DNA of 56,089 bases from Chara braunii (Eukaryota > Plantae > Charophyceae), in contig BFEA01000008.1 in the NCBI GenBank assembly GCA_003427395.1, positions 1,349,035-1,405,123 on the forward strand, in the 5' to 3' direction. Below are positions 23,563-36,046 of this stretch, one piece after another (positions within the stretch are counted from its first letter, which is position 1; every line of letters begins with the position of its first letter). The translations under genes were made by a program, and so were the position numbers. A model generated the notes under the pieces. That model saw only the letters and a program-made list of their open reading frames with translations, did no database searches and had not been told where the DNA came from.

Positions 23563-25866
23563 AATCGATACATTGGAATAGGATTAAATTCCACGTTAGT
23601 ATTAACATAGACTAGGGTTTGTAACTATAATATAGAATTAATCGATACATTGGAATAGGATTAAACTCCGCGTTAGTATTGACATAGACTAGGGTTTGTA
23701 ACTAGAGATCTACACGGGACGGGCAGAAGACAGGAGTCTTCACTGTGGGAGTTCGGTAATTGCATCGGGTATAGGTCAGGAATTTGTGTGGTTGTTTTTA
23801 CATATGGATAATAAAGAATTAATCGATATATTGAAATAGGATTAAATTCCACTTTAGTATTAACATAGACTAGGGTTTGTAACCAGAGATCTACATATGA
23901 TGGGTTAAAGACAAGCATCTTCACTATGGGAGGTCCGTGGTTGGGGATGGGACTGGCCGAAAGTGCCTCTCCCAGCCTGGTTTGGCTACGGAATTCATGT
24001 GAGGGACGTCGGGCCCGTTTCCTCGTTTTATCATTTTTTTTTTTTAAATAAAAAAAAAGTTTTTTTTTCTTTTGCATAACATAGTTGTATTTCAGTTTTT
24101 TTTTTTTTTTTTTTTTTTTGGGACCTTCTTTAGCCCTTGCCCGATCAGGCCTCCCGGGCAAACAAGGTGACCCAGGCGGCCCGACTGGTAGCCTAGATAA
24201 ATTCATAAATATTTGTATGATTTACTTATATAGATTTTTATAATTCATACAGTAAAACTTGATAAATCAAGGAATGGGTGAAGGACAAAGTCTGCCATGT
24301 GTTTCCAACATCCGCGAAACGTGCCCAACGAAGTGAACCCCCCCAAAAAGAAGACTCATGGGCATACTCAAAAGCATTGCCAAAAGAAGTAGCGACAAAA
24401 ACAAAAGCTTCGCTACTAACTACAAAAACGTCGCACTGGCCTGTGCTGCGTCCTGGGCCCAAGAGGGAACAAAGTCTCGTTTGGCTTCTACAGAGAAAGG
24501 TCAGATCTTAGTAGAGGCTGGATGCTAGGCCTCGAGAGGTGCCTGTCGTTGTACTCGACCAGTGGGGAGATCGGATGGCTTGTGACAGCCCCAAGGATGA
24601 TCTACCCCTACAGCGGTGTGACCCAGACCTATCTGTAGACCTAAACCTATACCAACCCGCGCCTTCAAGGGTATCAAATGAGCCCCCCCCCGGGCGCTAC
24701 CATATGGACACCCTGAATTATCGAGGACGACCCGAACACAGGAGGGGTCACATACATGATGTGGTCATTCCCCACCTGTATCACATCAAGCAGACTCTAT
24801 GGGTGTCTACCACCCTTTTACTATCAATGTGATGACACACCCTCCCCTGCCTAAGACGAGACCCCTACCCAGAGACCCTTCCCCAGATTCATGCCCCAAT
24901 CGACCCCTGAATGGAAACGCAAAGAGGTACCGGTCTGGATGAAGCCCAGGCCGCAAGCATCAAAAGATAGACAGGAGGCCCATACTTGGGAATCACATAT
25001 GCCTAACACCCAACTCTTACCACTACTAAAGGGGGATGTAGAGAGCAGAGCTGGACCGGGACCGGGACCAGGATCGTACAATGTAAGTATGGACTCTCAT
25101 GGGTGTACCATGAGGCCAGAAACTACTACGGTACCGAGACATACCCATGATACACTCATGAAGCAGTGCAAACGAACGAGGCTGCGCACAGAGAGAGGCC
25201 CACAATCTCTGCACAAATGCCTACCTACCCTAATCTAGACCTAAGACCTAACCCAACCTAACTCCTCTACCCCCCCGCCATGGTGAGTACACAAGACATG
25301 ACCCGGAGATTGTTGGACCACACACACACACACACACTCGTCGGACCACCCCAAGGCCAACCACTCAAACAACCCTCTCCCAAGGCCCGCTACCAGCATA
25401 TTACAACCATGGACTAAACCCCTTGGGTGGTATGCAGCAGTGTCTATCATAATTACCATGCGTCAACCCAAAGGGAGTGTGTGAAGGGTTGTGGAAGCCC
25501 GTCAGTGTCCATGCGCTGGCTATGGAGTTTTGCACCCGCAATCTTATACGACAACGCACATTTCCAACGGGTGCTCCACCCACTGAACTATCGACCATTC
25601 ACATCTATAAGTGGGGTGGAGATGCAATTTTCCCAAAAAAAGAAGAAAACGAAGGACAAAAAGATGGAGTGGCGTGTCTGTGAAGCGACTACAAAACATC
25701 TAAAACGTTGTTGACGCTCGATGTGACCTTTGATAGAATGGACGCTGAGCCGAAGCATACTGTTTTCGGTACTCGATAGTCGTTTCCGAGCGTTATACCT
25801 GTGCCCACTCGGTTTTGGTGCCTAGTCGGTGTCCTTCGCTTCGACCCACCGCGCCACGGACTTGTT

Positions 25867-25970
25867 CCAGGGTTAGGTCCCACTTGCACGGATTAAGAGA
25901 TACTGACCGTAGATAACAAAGATCAACGGCCAAAATCTCCTAATTTGCGCAAGTGGGACCTTGCCCCCGG
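25867..25970. mobile_element. ~100 bp palindromic MITE-like element
   Basis: aggtcccacttgcacg...gcgcaagtgggacct; reverse-oriented homologue at 35616-35719. Confidence 0.65.
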
Positions 25971-26032
25971 TGACGTCTCAAAATAATTTATTTTTCCTTT
26001 TTTCTAAAGCCTCGTGGGTCCGAAGTCTGTCG

Positions 26033-26072
<40 letters not shown>

Positions 26073-26738
26073 GTCGATTTGTGCGTCGTTCCAATCTGTA
26101 CGTGAACGAGTCGTCAGTTTGTGGCTGTGATGGACATTCTTTTGAAAGTCACTTCGCTCGGGATCTCTGTCCGTTCCACATCCACTCATCGGCAACTCCC
26201 ATAGTGGCCTCCGGCGGGCGGCGGGCGATTCGGGCCTAAAGTCTTAGGGCCTCCCCACACCACTGTCGAAACGAAAAAAGTTGTAGTGCATCTTCGCGCA
26301 GAGCGTGACAATCTGCATCCTTTACTATGAATAGCAACGGATGCCTCCGACCACTTTCTGGGGCAGATGCATTCGTTCTTTTTCGTTTCGATAGTGGTGT
26401 GGCTAGGCCCTCCTTAGGAAAGTAGATGCCCATCATAGCATTCGCCAACCCAAGGGTTTTGTTTTTTCCCATAGTGAAAGTGAAATATTCCATCCCAAGT
26501 CATTCATCGGCACGATCGGGACCTCTAAGAAAGCAATTATATATACAATAAGTCCCACGTAACACTCATATTTGTCCCTTTTTTATCTGTTCCCGAGATC
26601 AACGACCGAAAATGAAGAATCCGGGTAAGTGGGACTTGGCCTCTGCGTGCATCCAACCACTCGTCGAAATCTTTTTTTTTTCTCATTGATTTTTTGGTTG
26701 TATGTTATTGTGGTCTTGTGGTCAGGTGCGGACTATTT

Positions 26739-26776
26739 CTGTCTCTTATACACATCTAGATGTGTATAAGAGACAG
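26739..26776. other. Nextera mate-pair junction adapter (assembly artefact)
   Basis: CTGTCTCTTATACACATCT+AGATGTGTATAAGAGACAG, i.e. two synthetic Tn5 mosaic ends back to back, next to a gap. Confidence 0.98.
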
Positions 26777-26810
26777 CTATGGCACTGATGAGAGCCTATT
26801 GCCCTATCAC

Positions 26811-26860
26811 NNNNNNNNNNNNNNNNNNNNNNNNNNNNNNNNNNNNNNNNNNNNNNNNNN
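26811..26860. other. Assembly gap (N run)
   Basis: Directly visible. Confidence 0.99.
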
Positions 26861-26861
26861 N

Positions 26862-26977
<116 letters not shown>

Positions 26978-27173
26978 GCGCGCTCTGTCTTTATGTCTCT
27001 GTCTGTCTGTTCAGCTGTTGTTGCTGTTATTCATGGTGCCACCGTTGTTGCGAAACATTGTGGCCATCGAGGAGTTGCAGGCTGTGATGTCTTGTAGCGA
27101 CTGATGATGAGCGCCACATGTCTTCAGAGGTGGCCGAGTCCGAGGTTGGTGTCATGAGGAGGCTTGAAGGTCT

Positions 27174-28343
27174 TCAGAGGTGTGTTGTTGGTGGTTGCAC
27201 CTGCAAGTACGCAACAGCATGGCGGATGAGGTCGGCATGGAATGCGGGGAATGGTGGGAGGGGGAGGTGTGTTTGGTGGTGGTGGAGATGCATGAGGTTG
27301 TTGAGGTAATCCCAGGTGCGGGGATGGCGGGGGATGTTGTACATGGGGAAGGTGTGGCGGGAAGCAAGGAGGTTGTGGATGGTGGCGGTGGCGTGAAGAG
27401 GTCCCCAAGGTTCGGACGCCACCATTGTGGGTCGGTATTTGGTGTGCAAGGTTGGAGGTACGGTTGTGGGGGGGGGGGCTGAAGATGTGATGAATGTGTG
27501 GCGATGGTGTGCATCAGTGATGTGGTGGCATTGGTACTCAGGACGGCTCGGGCGGGGGAATGGGAGGTGGGTGTAGTCATCATTGATGATTCGGAGGAGG
27601 AAGGTTTTAGCTTGGCTGAATCTGGTATTTATGTAGGGAGAGGGAGGTGGGTGTGTTAGTGTGCGCGTGCGGTGTTGTTTGTATGCAGAGGAAAAATGTG
27701 TAAATATGAGGTGAATATGCAGAGTGGTCGGTTGTGAGGAAGTCTTGCCAGAGGATTTGGTCGATGATGTCTTCAATGTTATCTTTGTGAAGGAGTGGAA
27801 TCCATGTGTCCCATCGGGGTGGTGGTTGAGGAGGTGGAATGGGCGTGCAAGGATGACATCAAAGTTAGTTTGTGAGAGTTGTTGTGATTGTTGTGTGTCG
27901 GTGGTTGGAGTGTGGAGTGAGAGTGCAGTTGTGGTCGGTTTGTTGTTTGTGGCGGTTGTGGAGGGAAGGGATGGATGTGTTATTGTGGCCGTTGTTGTGG
28001 GTGTTGTGGTCAGAGTGGTTGTGGCGGAGGTGAGGTGTCTTTGTGCAGTTGTGGATGGGTGTGCTGTCGATGTTGGAGTGGAGGGGGTGGTTGTTTGGAT
28101 TGGAGTGGCGGTTGTGGACGTGAGGGATGGATGTGTCATTGTGGCTGATGTTGTAGGTGTTGTGGTAGTGGTGGCTGTGGTGGAGGTGAGGGGCGCTTGT
28201 GTCGTTGTAGATGGGTGTGTGGTTGATGTTGGAGCAGAGGGGGCGGATGCTTGTTTGGCTATGGAGGTCGATATCTTCGCAGGTTTGTTTTTTTTTGTCG
28301 GCGGCATGTCTTGATGTTGATCTACAAAGGCAAGGACGAACAT
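27174..28343 (-). pseudogene. Thr/Pro/His-rich ORF directly downstream of Helitron RepHel, probably a second element ORF
   Basis: 389-codon frame starting ~30 bp after the RepHel stop, with the same C/A strand skew and internal imperfect repeats (HPSTT..LTS.T.T.TTTPTT.AT.THPSL). Confidence 0.4.
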
Positions 28344-28375
28344 GCGAAATGAGGAGTGATTGTGAGGGGTCGATG

Positions 28376-31300
28376 TCAGAAGATTTCTTTATAAACGATA
28401 TCGTTTGTTTGGTTGTTAGGAGATGGCATAGAGAAGCGAATGTGGGATGGGTTGCCAACACGGGATGCGGCGACGTAGAGTTGGCCGTGGGCGAATGGTG
28501 GCTGGTGAAGGTCAATACCTGCATGGGTGATTGATTGGCCTTGAGATTTGTTGATAGTGATGGCGAATGCGGAGCGGATTGAAAATTGTCGTCTTTGTCA
28601 GGGGAAGGGGGTTGTGTGGTTGGCGAGGGTGAGGAGGATGTGCGGGAGCAAAACGGGTTGGAGGGTGGGGAGTGTGCGGCCATGAAGGAGTCTGTTGTTC
28701 GTGATGGAGTCGACAATAAGTCATGTACCGTTACAAAGGCCATTCCTGATTGCAATGTTTCGGAGGAGAATTGCAGGGGCGCCTTGTTTTAGTCAGAGCA
28801 TGTGTGGAGGAAGGGATGCAATGTCGATTGTGTTTAGTACGTCAATAGAGATATCAGGGTATTGTTCGTTGGGCAGAAGGGAGTCGACATTGAGTGATGT
28901 AATTGTATCACTGGGAAATTGGTCGAGAATGATGAAGTTAAGAGTCACGACGGATTTCTTTTTGGGTGATAGTAGTAGGCGTTCAGCGAGCCACTGAGGG
29001 TTTTGAACATTAGTTTGAAGATCGGGGAATGTCCAGGCAATGAGGCGGAATTCCAAAATGGAGGCAGAGATTGGGTGGAAGGTGAATTGTTGTTGGTGTT
29101 GTGTTTGGAGGAGGTTGCAGTGTGCCATTGCCAAGTTCAAGAAACCATTGAGCATATTAATGCCCTTCAGGAGTGTTAATGCGGGTGAGAACACGCATGT
29201 TTTCAGATAGGAGGAACAGTTCGAAGTTGTGCCATAATGGTGATGCTTTGGCGGAAGTCGCCTGCAAGGACAATAATTTTACCACCAAAGGGCAAGTTGG
29301 AGGAGCAGATGTCACGAAGTGTTCGGTCAAGCACTTCGAGGTGGAATTTGTGTGTCATGGGTGCCTCGTCCCAGAGTATAATGATTGTCATGCGAATCAG
29401 GTCGGCGATAGCTGATTGCTTTGAAATATCAAGGGAGGATGTTGCAGTAGGAGTGAGAGGTGCTTTGAAGCGTGAGTGAAAAGTGCGGCTTCCGTTGAGG
29501 AGTGTTGCGGCAATACCATTGGATGCAACTGCAAGTGCTATGCGGTTCTCATTTCAGATGTAAGATAGGATGGTATTGAAGAGGAATGTTTTGCCAGTTC
29601 CTGCGGGGGCGTCGATGAAGAGGTATAGCGGTTGTGAATTGGTGGCTGCATTTATGACACGTTGGAAGATTGCATATTGCGAAGGACGGAGGAGCGGTAA
29701 ATTTGTGGCAAGAGTTTGTTGAAGTGTTGGTTTGTCATAAGAGATTTCGTCTTCACTGATGCGTGAAATGTCATGTCTGTGAGGGCGTTGAGCTTGGAGG
29801 TCGGCTTCGCTGCGAGCGTTGTCATTGGGTGGCATGAGACCAATGTCTTGTAGTTGTTTACCTTCGCTTTGAAGACGATTTTCAATATCGATGAGGACCA
29901 TTGTTTTGATTATTGAAAGTGGAGTTGCATGAGGTAGGAAATGTGTACGAAAGTCATCTGTCATTTGTTGCCAATGTGTTTCGAAGAGTGCAGCGGGATT
30001 AGCAGGGGCGCAGTGTAGCACGATGTGGATGAAAAGATCTCGGACCATTGGTGAAGAAGCCACTAATATTGCATCTTGAAGGACTGCATCGAATTGCGTG
30101 TTGTCGTTAAGGAGGCCTAGTGCACGGCATGCTGATTGATATGTAGGATGAGTTTCGTGATCAACTGTGCGCAAGTGTTCAAAGGATGTTGCGCCTCTAG
30201 AGTGTGGGGAGTGTAGGAGCATACGAAGGTAAAATGTATCACCGACATTAGGGTGTATAGTGTGCATTCGACCAATTGTGTTCACAGATTGACGTCGGAG
30301 GACCCATTGTTTTGTTTGTTTGTTGAATCAAAATCTTTTAATCATGTCTTTGTAGAGTGGTTTGTGGTCGTCAACAATGTCCATGTTTTGGAGGTTCCAT
30401 TTGAACCATGCGGTTAGTTCGGTTTCGGGTGGTGGATTACGTATGATTTGGTTGAGTTGGTTTGGATGGAAGTAGACACGTTGACAATTTTTTGAGTGGA
30501 CGGGTAATGCTGCAACAACTGGAAAACGTTCAGAGAGGGGAAATTCGAATATTCGCCAACATGCTTCAACATCACCTATTGTTCGCATGTCTTGGTAGAT
30601 CTGGATTTCGTCATTTACGTGTGTCATTTTTCCAACCATGGCTCGATCGGGACCTTTCATTATGTATTCAAACGTGTATCGGTATGCTGCAGTGGAAGCA
30701 CAGACCTCGATATTGAGATGACATCGGTAGTGGAGGAGTAAGAAGGGATTATATGGGACGACCCAAACGTTATTGATGTCATAATTTTGCCGGGAAGCGG
30801 TTTGACCGTTGTTGGCGGGTGATCGTCGACGATAGATGGGGTAGCCACTGTTATCGTCCCAGGTACTATGCTCGGAAAAAGGTTTAGGAAGATGATGTGC
30901 ACAACGGTCATTTCACATGCATGGTGCGTGCATGTTGTGCTTGCCACAGGGGTTGTGGATCATCTTTGTTAACACGAGTTCTTTTAGGTTGGGGTTGGTG
31001 GGATTTCTGATGAAATGATGGAGTCAATGTTGTTAGATGTAGAAATTTTATGGCCGTCAACGAAAGTCACGACAATGTGTGCATGTGGAAACCCTTTTTT
31101 TTGGAATTAAATGACATATATGTAGGCTTTTGTGGGTCCAGATATATGTGCAGAGTGGATATCATGGATAAGTTGTCGAAGGTATCCTTTGAAAACACGT
31201 GTAAGGAGATCAGGTCTGTCAGATGGTTGTTGGTCCGGAAAGAGTTCATTGGTAACTTCAGGCCAGTGTGAGTTACATGTGATAGTGATGAAGAGGTCAG

Positions 31301-32608
31301 GTGGGCCAAATTATTGTACAGTTGCCATTGGATCTTGATATCGTCGGTGCATGTCACGCGGTCCGCCTGTGAATGTGCCTGGAAGAATTATACGTTGACC
31401 GATGTTTTGTGGATTGTTGTATTGCATGATGTGGTCGTGCAAGTTTTGGTACGATTTGGCACAGATTTCAGTTTGGTAAAGACGGTTGTAGAGAAGATGA
31501 TCATTCTCTACTTTTGCGAAGGCCATGCATACGTATTCTTGGAAAAGGCGTGATGCGTGGAAAAACGTTGCACGTTCGGTGTTGCGAGTGTTGAGATGGA
31601 ATGCATAGAATCCACGAGCGGTGATTCTTGGAATACGATGTCGAGTATCGTGACTTGGCCCTGAACTCCATCCATCCTTGCCCGAAGGGAACAAGAGAAC
31701 GTAGTGCAGAGGGTCAAAGGCACGATTTATGTCATATATTTGAACAATGCCTCAATGGCGTCGGCGTATGACAATTTCACGGTTTGCAGGTTCATCAGTC
31801 ATCAGCAAACAAAGTTTGCGAAGGCCCTTGGGCCGGTTGTACCGTCGTTCGTGTTCTCCTGGAGGTCGGACATCAGGGTTTCTGACAATGGGATGGTGTT
31901 GTATGAGTTCGCCCGGAAGCTCGGATACGGTGATAAAGTCGCAAACCCACACATTTGCGATGCTAAGCAGACGGTGCAGTTTGCGGAGAAGGCATTTGAT
32001 TTGTTGGACAGTCGCAAGCGGCATATCAGGTGGGAGATCCATACCGTGAAGGTGTAGGAGGGTGACTCCGTGTTCATCTTGCGGATCGTACGCATAGAGT
32101 TATGCAAAAGCAAGGGGATGGTTGGTGTTAGGAATCAGAGGGCCAAGGTTATGGTGCAGGTGTCCTGCAATTCTAAGCATCCCAGGCCACGGCCCGGGAG
32201 GGGGTTATGCTTCCCGAACAACCTGGGAGGCAAGTGCGAGCGAATTGTTGAATTGGCGGGATCGCGATCTCAACAGCCTGCCGTCATGTGTATCGTTTTC
32301 CCACACTTGAAGTATTTGGGCGGCAGGACTGTCCTGTGGTGGATGTTGCCAAAGCAGGGGTTGAACTTGGCCTTGTCTACAACATAGGGTTGTCCATTGA
32401 TGTTCATGTGGCCATTTGTGTGCAAAACAGTATGCGCAAGGAGTTCTTGCACCGAGGGAAGCGAGTTGAACAATGATGTGTTGCATGAGGAGGAGTGATG
32501 TGTACAGTCGACCGTTGTTAGCTCGCGGAGAAATGTGATCGAGGTGTGCTCTTCTATAGCGGCTTTGGGGTTGCGCGTCGGTTGCACGGGGTGCAGTGTT
32601 TTGAGCAT
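28376..32608 (-). mobile_element. Helitron Rep/helicase pseudogene
   Basis: N-terminal CAYC..CCRQG; LPGTFTGGPRDM; HUH region QFQKKGFPHAH (~31080-31110); KGPDRA; FYLRMLL..RGATSFEHLRTVD; Walker A DAPAGTGKT; WDEAPM; PFGGKIIVLAGDFRQ; TINKSQGQS; HGQLYVAASRV; ends NDIVYKEIF* at 28376. Many stops and frameshifts; element termini not located. Confidence 0.95.
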
Positions 32609-33371
32609 TGGTGGTTTCAGCTGAATAGAGGGGGGTTGTGTTGCGGGAAACAGAACAGAACAGAGAAAAAAGCAGGGAAAACAGTGTGTTGTGGTTTAGA
32701 AAAGATAGATGAGATCTGAAAAGAGTGTGCATGACAATAACGTTGCAAATAGCATGTGATTTGTTTGTTTACTTTTTCCATTTTTTCCTTTTTTTTTTTT
32801 TGAGATGTCCGAACATTTCGCGATTTGATGTAATCACATTGGGTGTTTTATTTTGTCCGTGTTTTGTTTGGTGCATGCGGCACACGGTGTTTTCGAGGGA
32901 AAAAAAAACCCCTTCAAGAATGGATGTGTTTCTTTTTGTTTCTCTGTGTTGTGCTCTGTTTTTGTTTGTCTATCATAGATACTGAGATAGGGAGATGGAG
33001 AGGAAGAGAGAGAGAGAGAGTCTGTGACATATGTTGGGCAGAGGTTAAACCCCGTTGTGGTCATGGCAGCTGTATTTTTTGGATGAGCAAAATGAAATGA
33101 ATCTTCTGGTAAGTCTGTAACTCGGTGGCTGTGGTGAAGGTAACTCGAGTCTGTGGGCGGGTATAACGACGGGGAGGAAGGTAGGGGAGGGGAGGCGGAA
33201 GGATTACGAAGATTTAACAGGCAGTGATCAAAGTTATTACTGCAAGCCAAAGCTTTATCAAAGAATGAAAAGGGAGCACGGCGAGAGGTGAAGGAGAAGA
33301 GAAGAACAGTCAGCAGAGATTGGTGATCTGTTGAGAGAGAGAGAAACGCTGAGAGAGAGAGAGAGAGAGAG

Positions 33372-33509
<138 letters not shown>

Positions 33510-33529
33510 GGGAGAGGGAGAGAGAGAGA

Positions 33530-33607
33530 GGCGGTGACATACACGGAGGGCCGCAACAAACTCGTCGCCCCTCTCTGCTTGCCGCGGCCCTCCGTGTATG
33601 TCGCCAC

Positions 33608-33608
<1 letters not shown>
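33530..33608. mobile_element. 79-bp hairpin mini-element in GA/TC microsatellite
   Basis: ggcggtgacatacacggagggccgc ... gcggccctccgtgtatgtcgccacc inverted repeat. Confidence 0.6.
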
Positions 33609-33639
<31 letters not shown>

Positions 33640-33679
33640 ATCTATCTATCTATCCATATATATATATATATTATATATA

Positions 33680-33717
<38 letters not shown>

Positions 33718-33719
<2 letters not shown>

Positions 33720-35449
33720 GCCTCGTTAGACACTCCTTACGAGTTCCTTGAGCCACAAGGAAATCTCCTTGTGTTTTTAGGGGAATTTGCGGCGTCAATC
33801 CACTCATCCTTGGGGACCTCCCCTGAGGATGTTTCCTTGTGGCTTACCCGCGGCCGTTTTCATACGTAAATTAGTGGCCGCGGGATTGGTCGTCCTTGGT
33901 CGAGCGTCTTTTGTCCGTGTGGAGGCGGCGTGGTCCAGCGACGTGAGGCGGGAAACGGCATACGGCGGGCGACGCGAAAAGAAATTTAACCCCAAGGGCG
34001 TGGGCATTTGAAATTCGAAATTCGAATGACTGCTGAGACGACGACGACGACGTGTGGCTGGCGACGAGAGGACGGCGTGCTGCGGAAAGGGGCTCAGCGG
34101 CGGCGGAGGTTCCGTCCCAAGGCCGTTGCGACTGCGCGAGCAGCATGTGGTGCGTCCGTTGTCGTGGACCTTTGCACACGTCGACTGCGCCTTGCTCCTC
34201 GTTTGGGACTATAAGCATAGAAAAGGGGCCACCTTTCGATGGACGTCTTCGACTTCTTTGTTGGGTGTGGAAGGATGACACAGACGACAGCGGAGCGACG
34301 GGTCCGTGTCCACGTCGCGGCTATGGAGGGCGACGGAGAGGGTAGACGTGATACGTTGACGCCTCGTGAGCTGCAGGCCGTGGCGGCGGCCGCGTCCAAG
34401 ATCGTTCCTCGATGTCAGCAGGAGAGGGCGCTGGGGTGATTGAAGGAGCAGTTGCGCGCGCGTAGACGGAGGACATTGACGCAAGGTGCGGACGATGGAG
34501 CCGAATACGTGGCGACGTCGGAGACTGTTGTTCAACTGTGCTACACGTTGGGTTGCGGAGTGATTCCTCGTGCGACGCCCCGGTGGTGGGTGAAGCGTAG
34601 GACAGGAGGCACGTGGGAAGACCTAAGGCAATACGACACTGCGTTGCCGATTGCTTGCTCCGAAGGTTGTGGCTGCCGGTCCGCCGTTGGCCAGTCGTCA
34701 ATCCATCCTGTCGGCTTTCTTGGAAGATCTCCTTCTGCGAGCCGCGACCAGGACGAGGCCGACGAAACATACGTGGAAGAAGACAACGACGAGAAGCAGC
34801 ACGACGACGAGGAGCAGCAGAGGCAGCTTGTGCAACAGGTCGGCCATGTAAGGGCCGTTGAAAGGGCAACAAACTGACGTGAGCGGTCGACCGTCCAACG
34901 AACACGAGAAAGATCGGTGGAAGATTTGTGCTCCAACGTGCGAGGCGTGACAACAAACGAAGGAAACGATGATCTTCTACAATGAAACTGTCGTTGTCGA
35001 AAGCAGCGCCGGCTGGGAAAAGCATTCGAATTTCGGACCATTGTCGACGACCGCCCGCTGCAGCAGACCGCAGGACGCCAGCCGGCAAATCGCGTAGACG
35101 GACGGAGGCCTCACGCGGACGGTGACCGTTTGGAGATGTTGGGGCGCCGTGCAGATTTTGGAGGCAGGGATGCCCGTGCTCCCGTTCGCTGGACCACGTC
35201 TGGACCACCCTCGAACCAAAATTGTGCGTCGACGCATGCCTTCGCCGCTCCGAATTTCGCGCTTCCTCGTGCTCCGAGGGACCTCGGGAGGTCCCTTGGG
35301 GGTTAGGAAAAAATGGCTCTGGCCACAAGGACGCCACAAGGAAATTTCCTTGTGGTGTTTTCACATTTTTTTTTGAGAATCGTCCCCAAGGACAGGTGGA
35401 ACGATAGTTTCCTTGTGGATTTCGGGTCCACAAGGAGTGTCTAACGAGG

Positions 35450-35452
<3 letters not shown>
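33718..35452 (+). mobile_element. Internally deleted PIF/Harbinger-like DNA transposon
   Basis: Perfect 21-bp TIR gggcctcgttagacactcctt (Tourist/PIF-like GGGCC start) with subterminal ccacaagg/ccttgtgg repeats. Internal frame 34239-34877 has PRWWVKRRTGGTWEDL (Harbinger transposase N-terminal WW/WV motif) fused to an acidic C-terminus; no DDE core. Confidence 0.8.
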
Positions 35453-35487
<35 letters not shown>

Positions 35488-35615
35488 GCTGTCTTTTTTT
35501 TTTTGCCCGTTCTTTTCTGTGTTTTCTTTGTTTTTCGTATTTCATTTTTTTTTTCCCGTTCTAAATACCCTTTGTGTCATGCCCAGAGTACCGGGGCCCG
35601 GCATTCAAGCAGCGA

Positions 35616-35719
35616 CCGGGGGCAAGGTCCCACTTGCACGGACTACGAGATCTCGGCCGTTGATCTTCGCTATCGACGGTCAATATCGCTTAATTCGTGC
35701 AAGTGGGACCTAGCCCCGG
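35616..35719. mobile_element. ~100 bp palindromic MITE-like element
   Basis: ccgggggcaaggtcccacttgcacg ... cgtgcaagtgggacctagccccgg; homologous to 25867-25970. Confidence 0.65.
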
Positions 35720-35927
35720 GCCTTCCCTTGGCCGACCCCCGAAGGTGTCGGCGCGTTAACGGGAAAGGCCCGCGTCCGATAGCTGGGCCAGGTACTGGTG
35801 GTTTAACGATGTCCCGAAGGACCTCGTATCACTTTCCTAATGTGTTTGGCTGCAACGACGTCCACACGTGAATGGATCTGAATGCAATCGTGTCCAGGGC
35901 TGAGCCAGCCTAGAAAAAGGTCCTACC

Positions 35928-36046
35928 GGTACCGGTAGTGTAAGTACGCATTGAGAGGCCAATCCCACCACACCGTTACCCCACCAAACCGGTAGTGTAA
36001 GTACGCATTGAGAGGCCAATCCCACCACACCGTTACCCCACCAAAT
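35928..36046. repeat. ~57-bp perfect tandem duplication
   Basis: accggtagtgtaagtacgcattgagaggccaatcccaccacaccgttaccccaccaa x2. Confidence 0.9.

Larger units (their letters stand above)
18753..24196 (+). mobile_element. Non-autonomous DNA transposon (CTAGGCTACCAG TIR, 8-bp TSD) carrying nested insertions
   Basis: TIRs ctaggctaccag / ctggtagcctag; flanks ataaatac (18745-18752) and ataaattc (24197-24204). Ends are homologous to 48758-49696. The interior has ~210-230 bp duplications (20228-20650; 19900-20150 vs 20660-20875). Confidence 0.8.

Noticed and set aside
24550-25450. Second decayed LINE ORF2 on minus strand
   Set aside because: Faint similarity only; no unambiguous motif, tail or TSD.
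26739-26776. Tn5/IS50 transposon ends
   Set aside because: Sequence is the synthetic mosaic-end junction of Nextera mate-pair libraries; no transposase.
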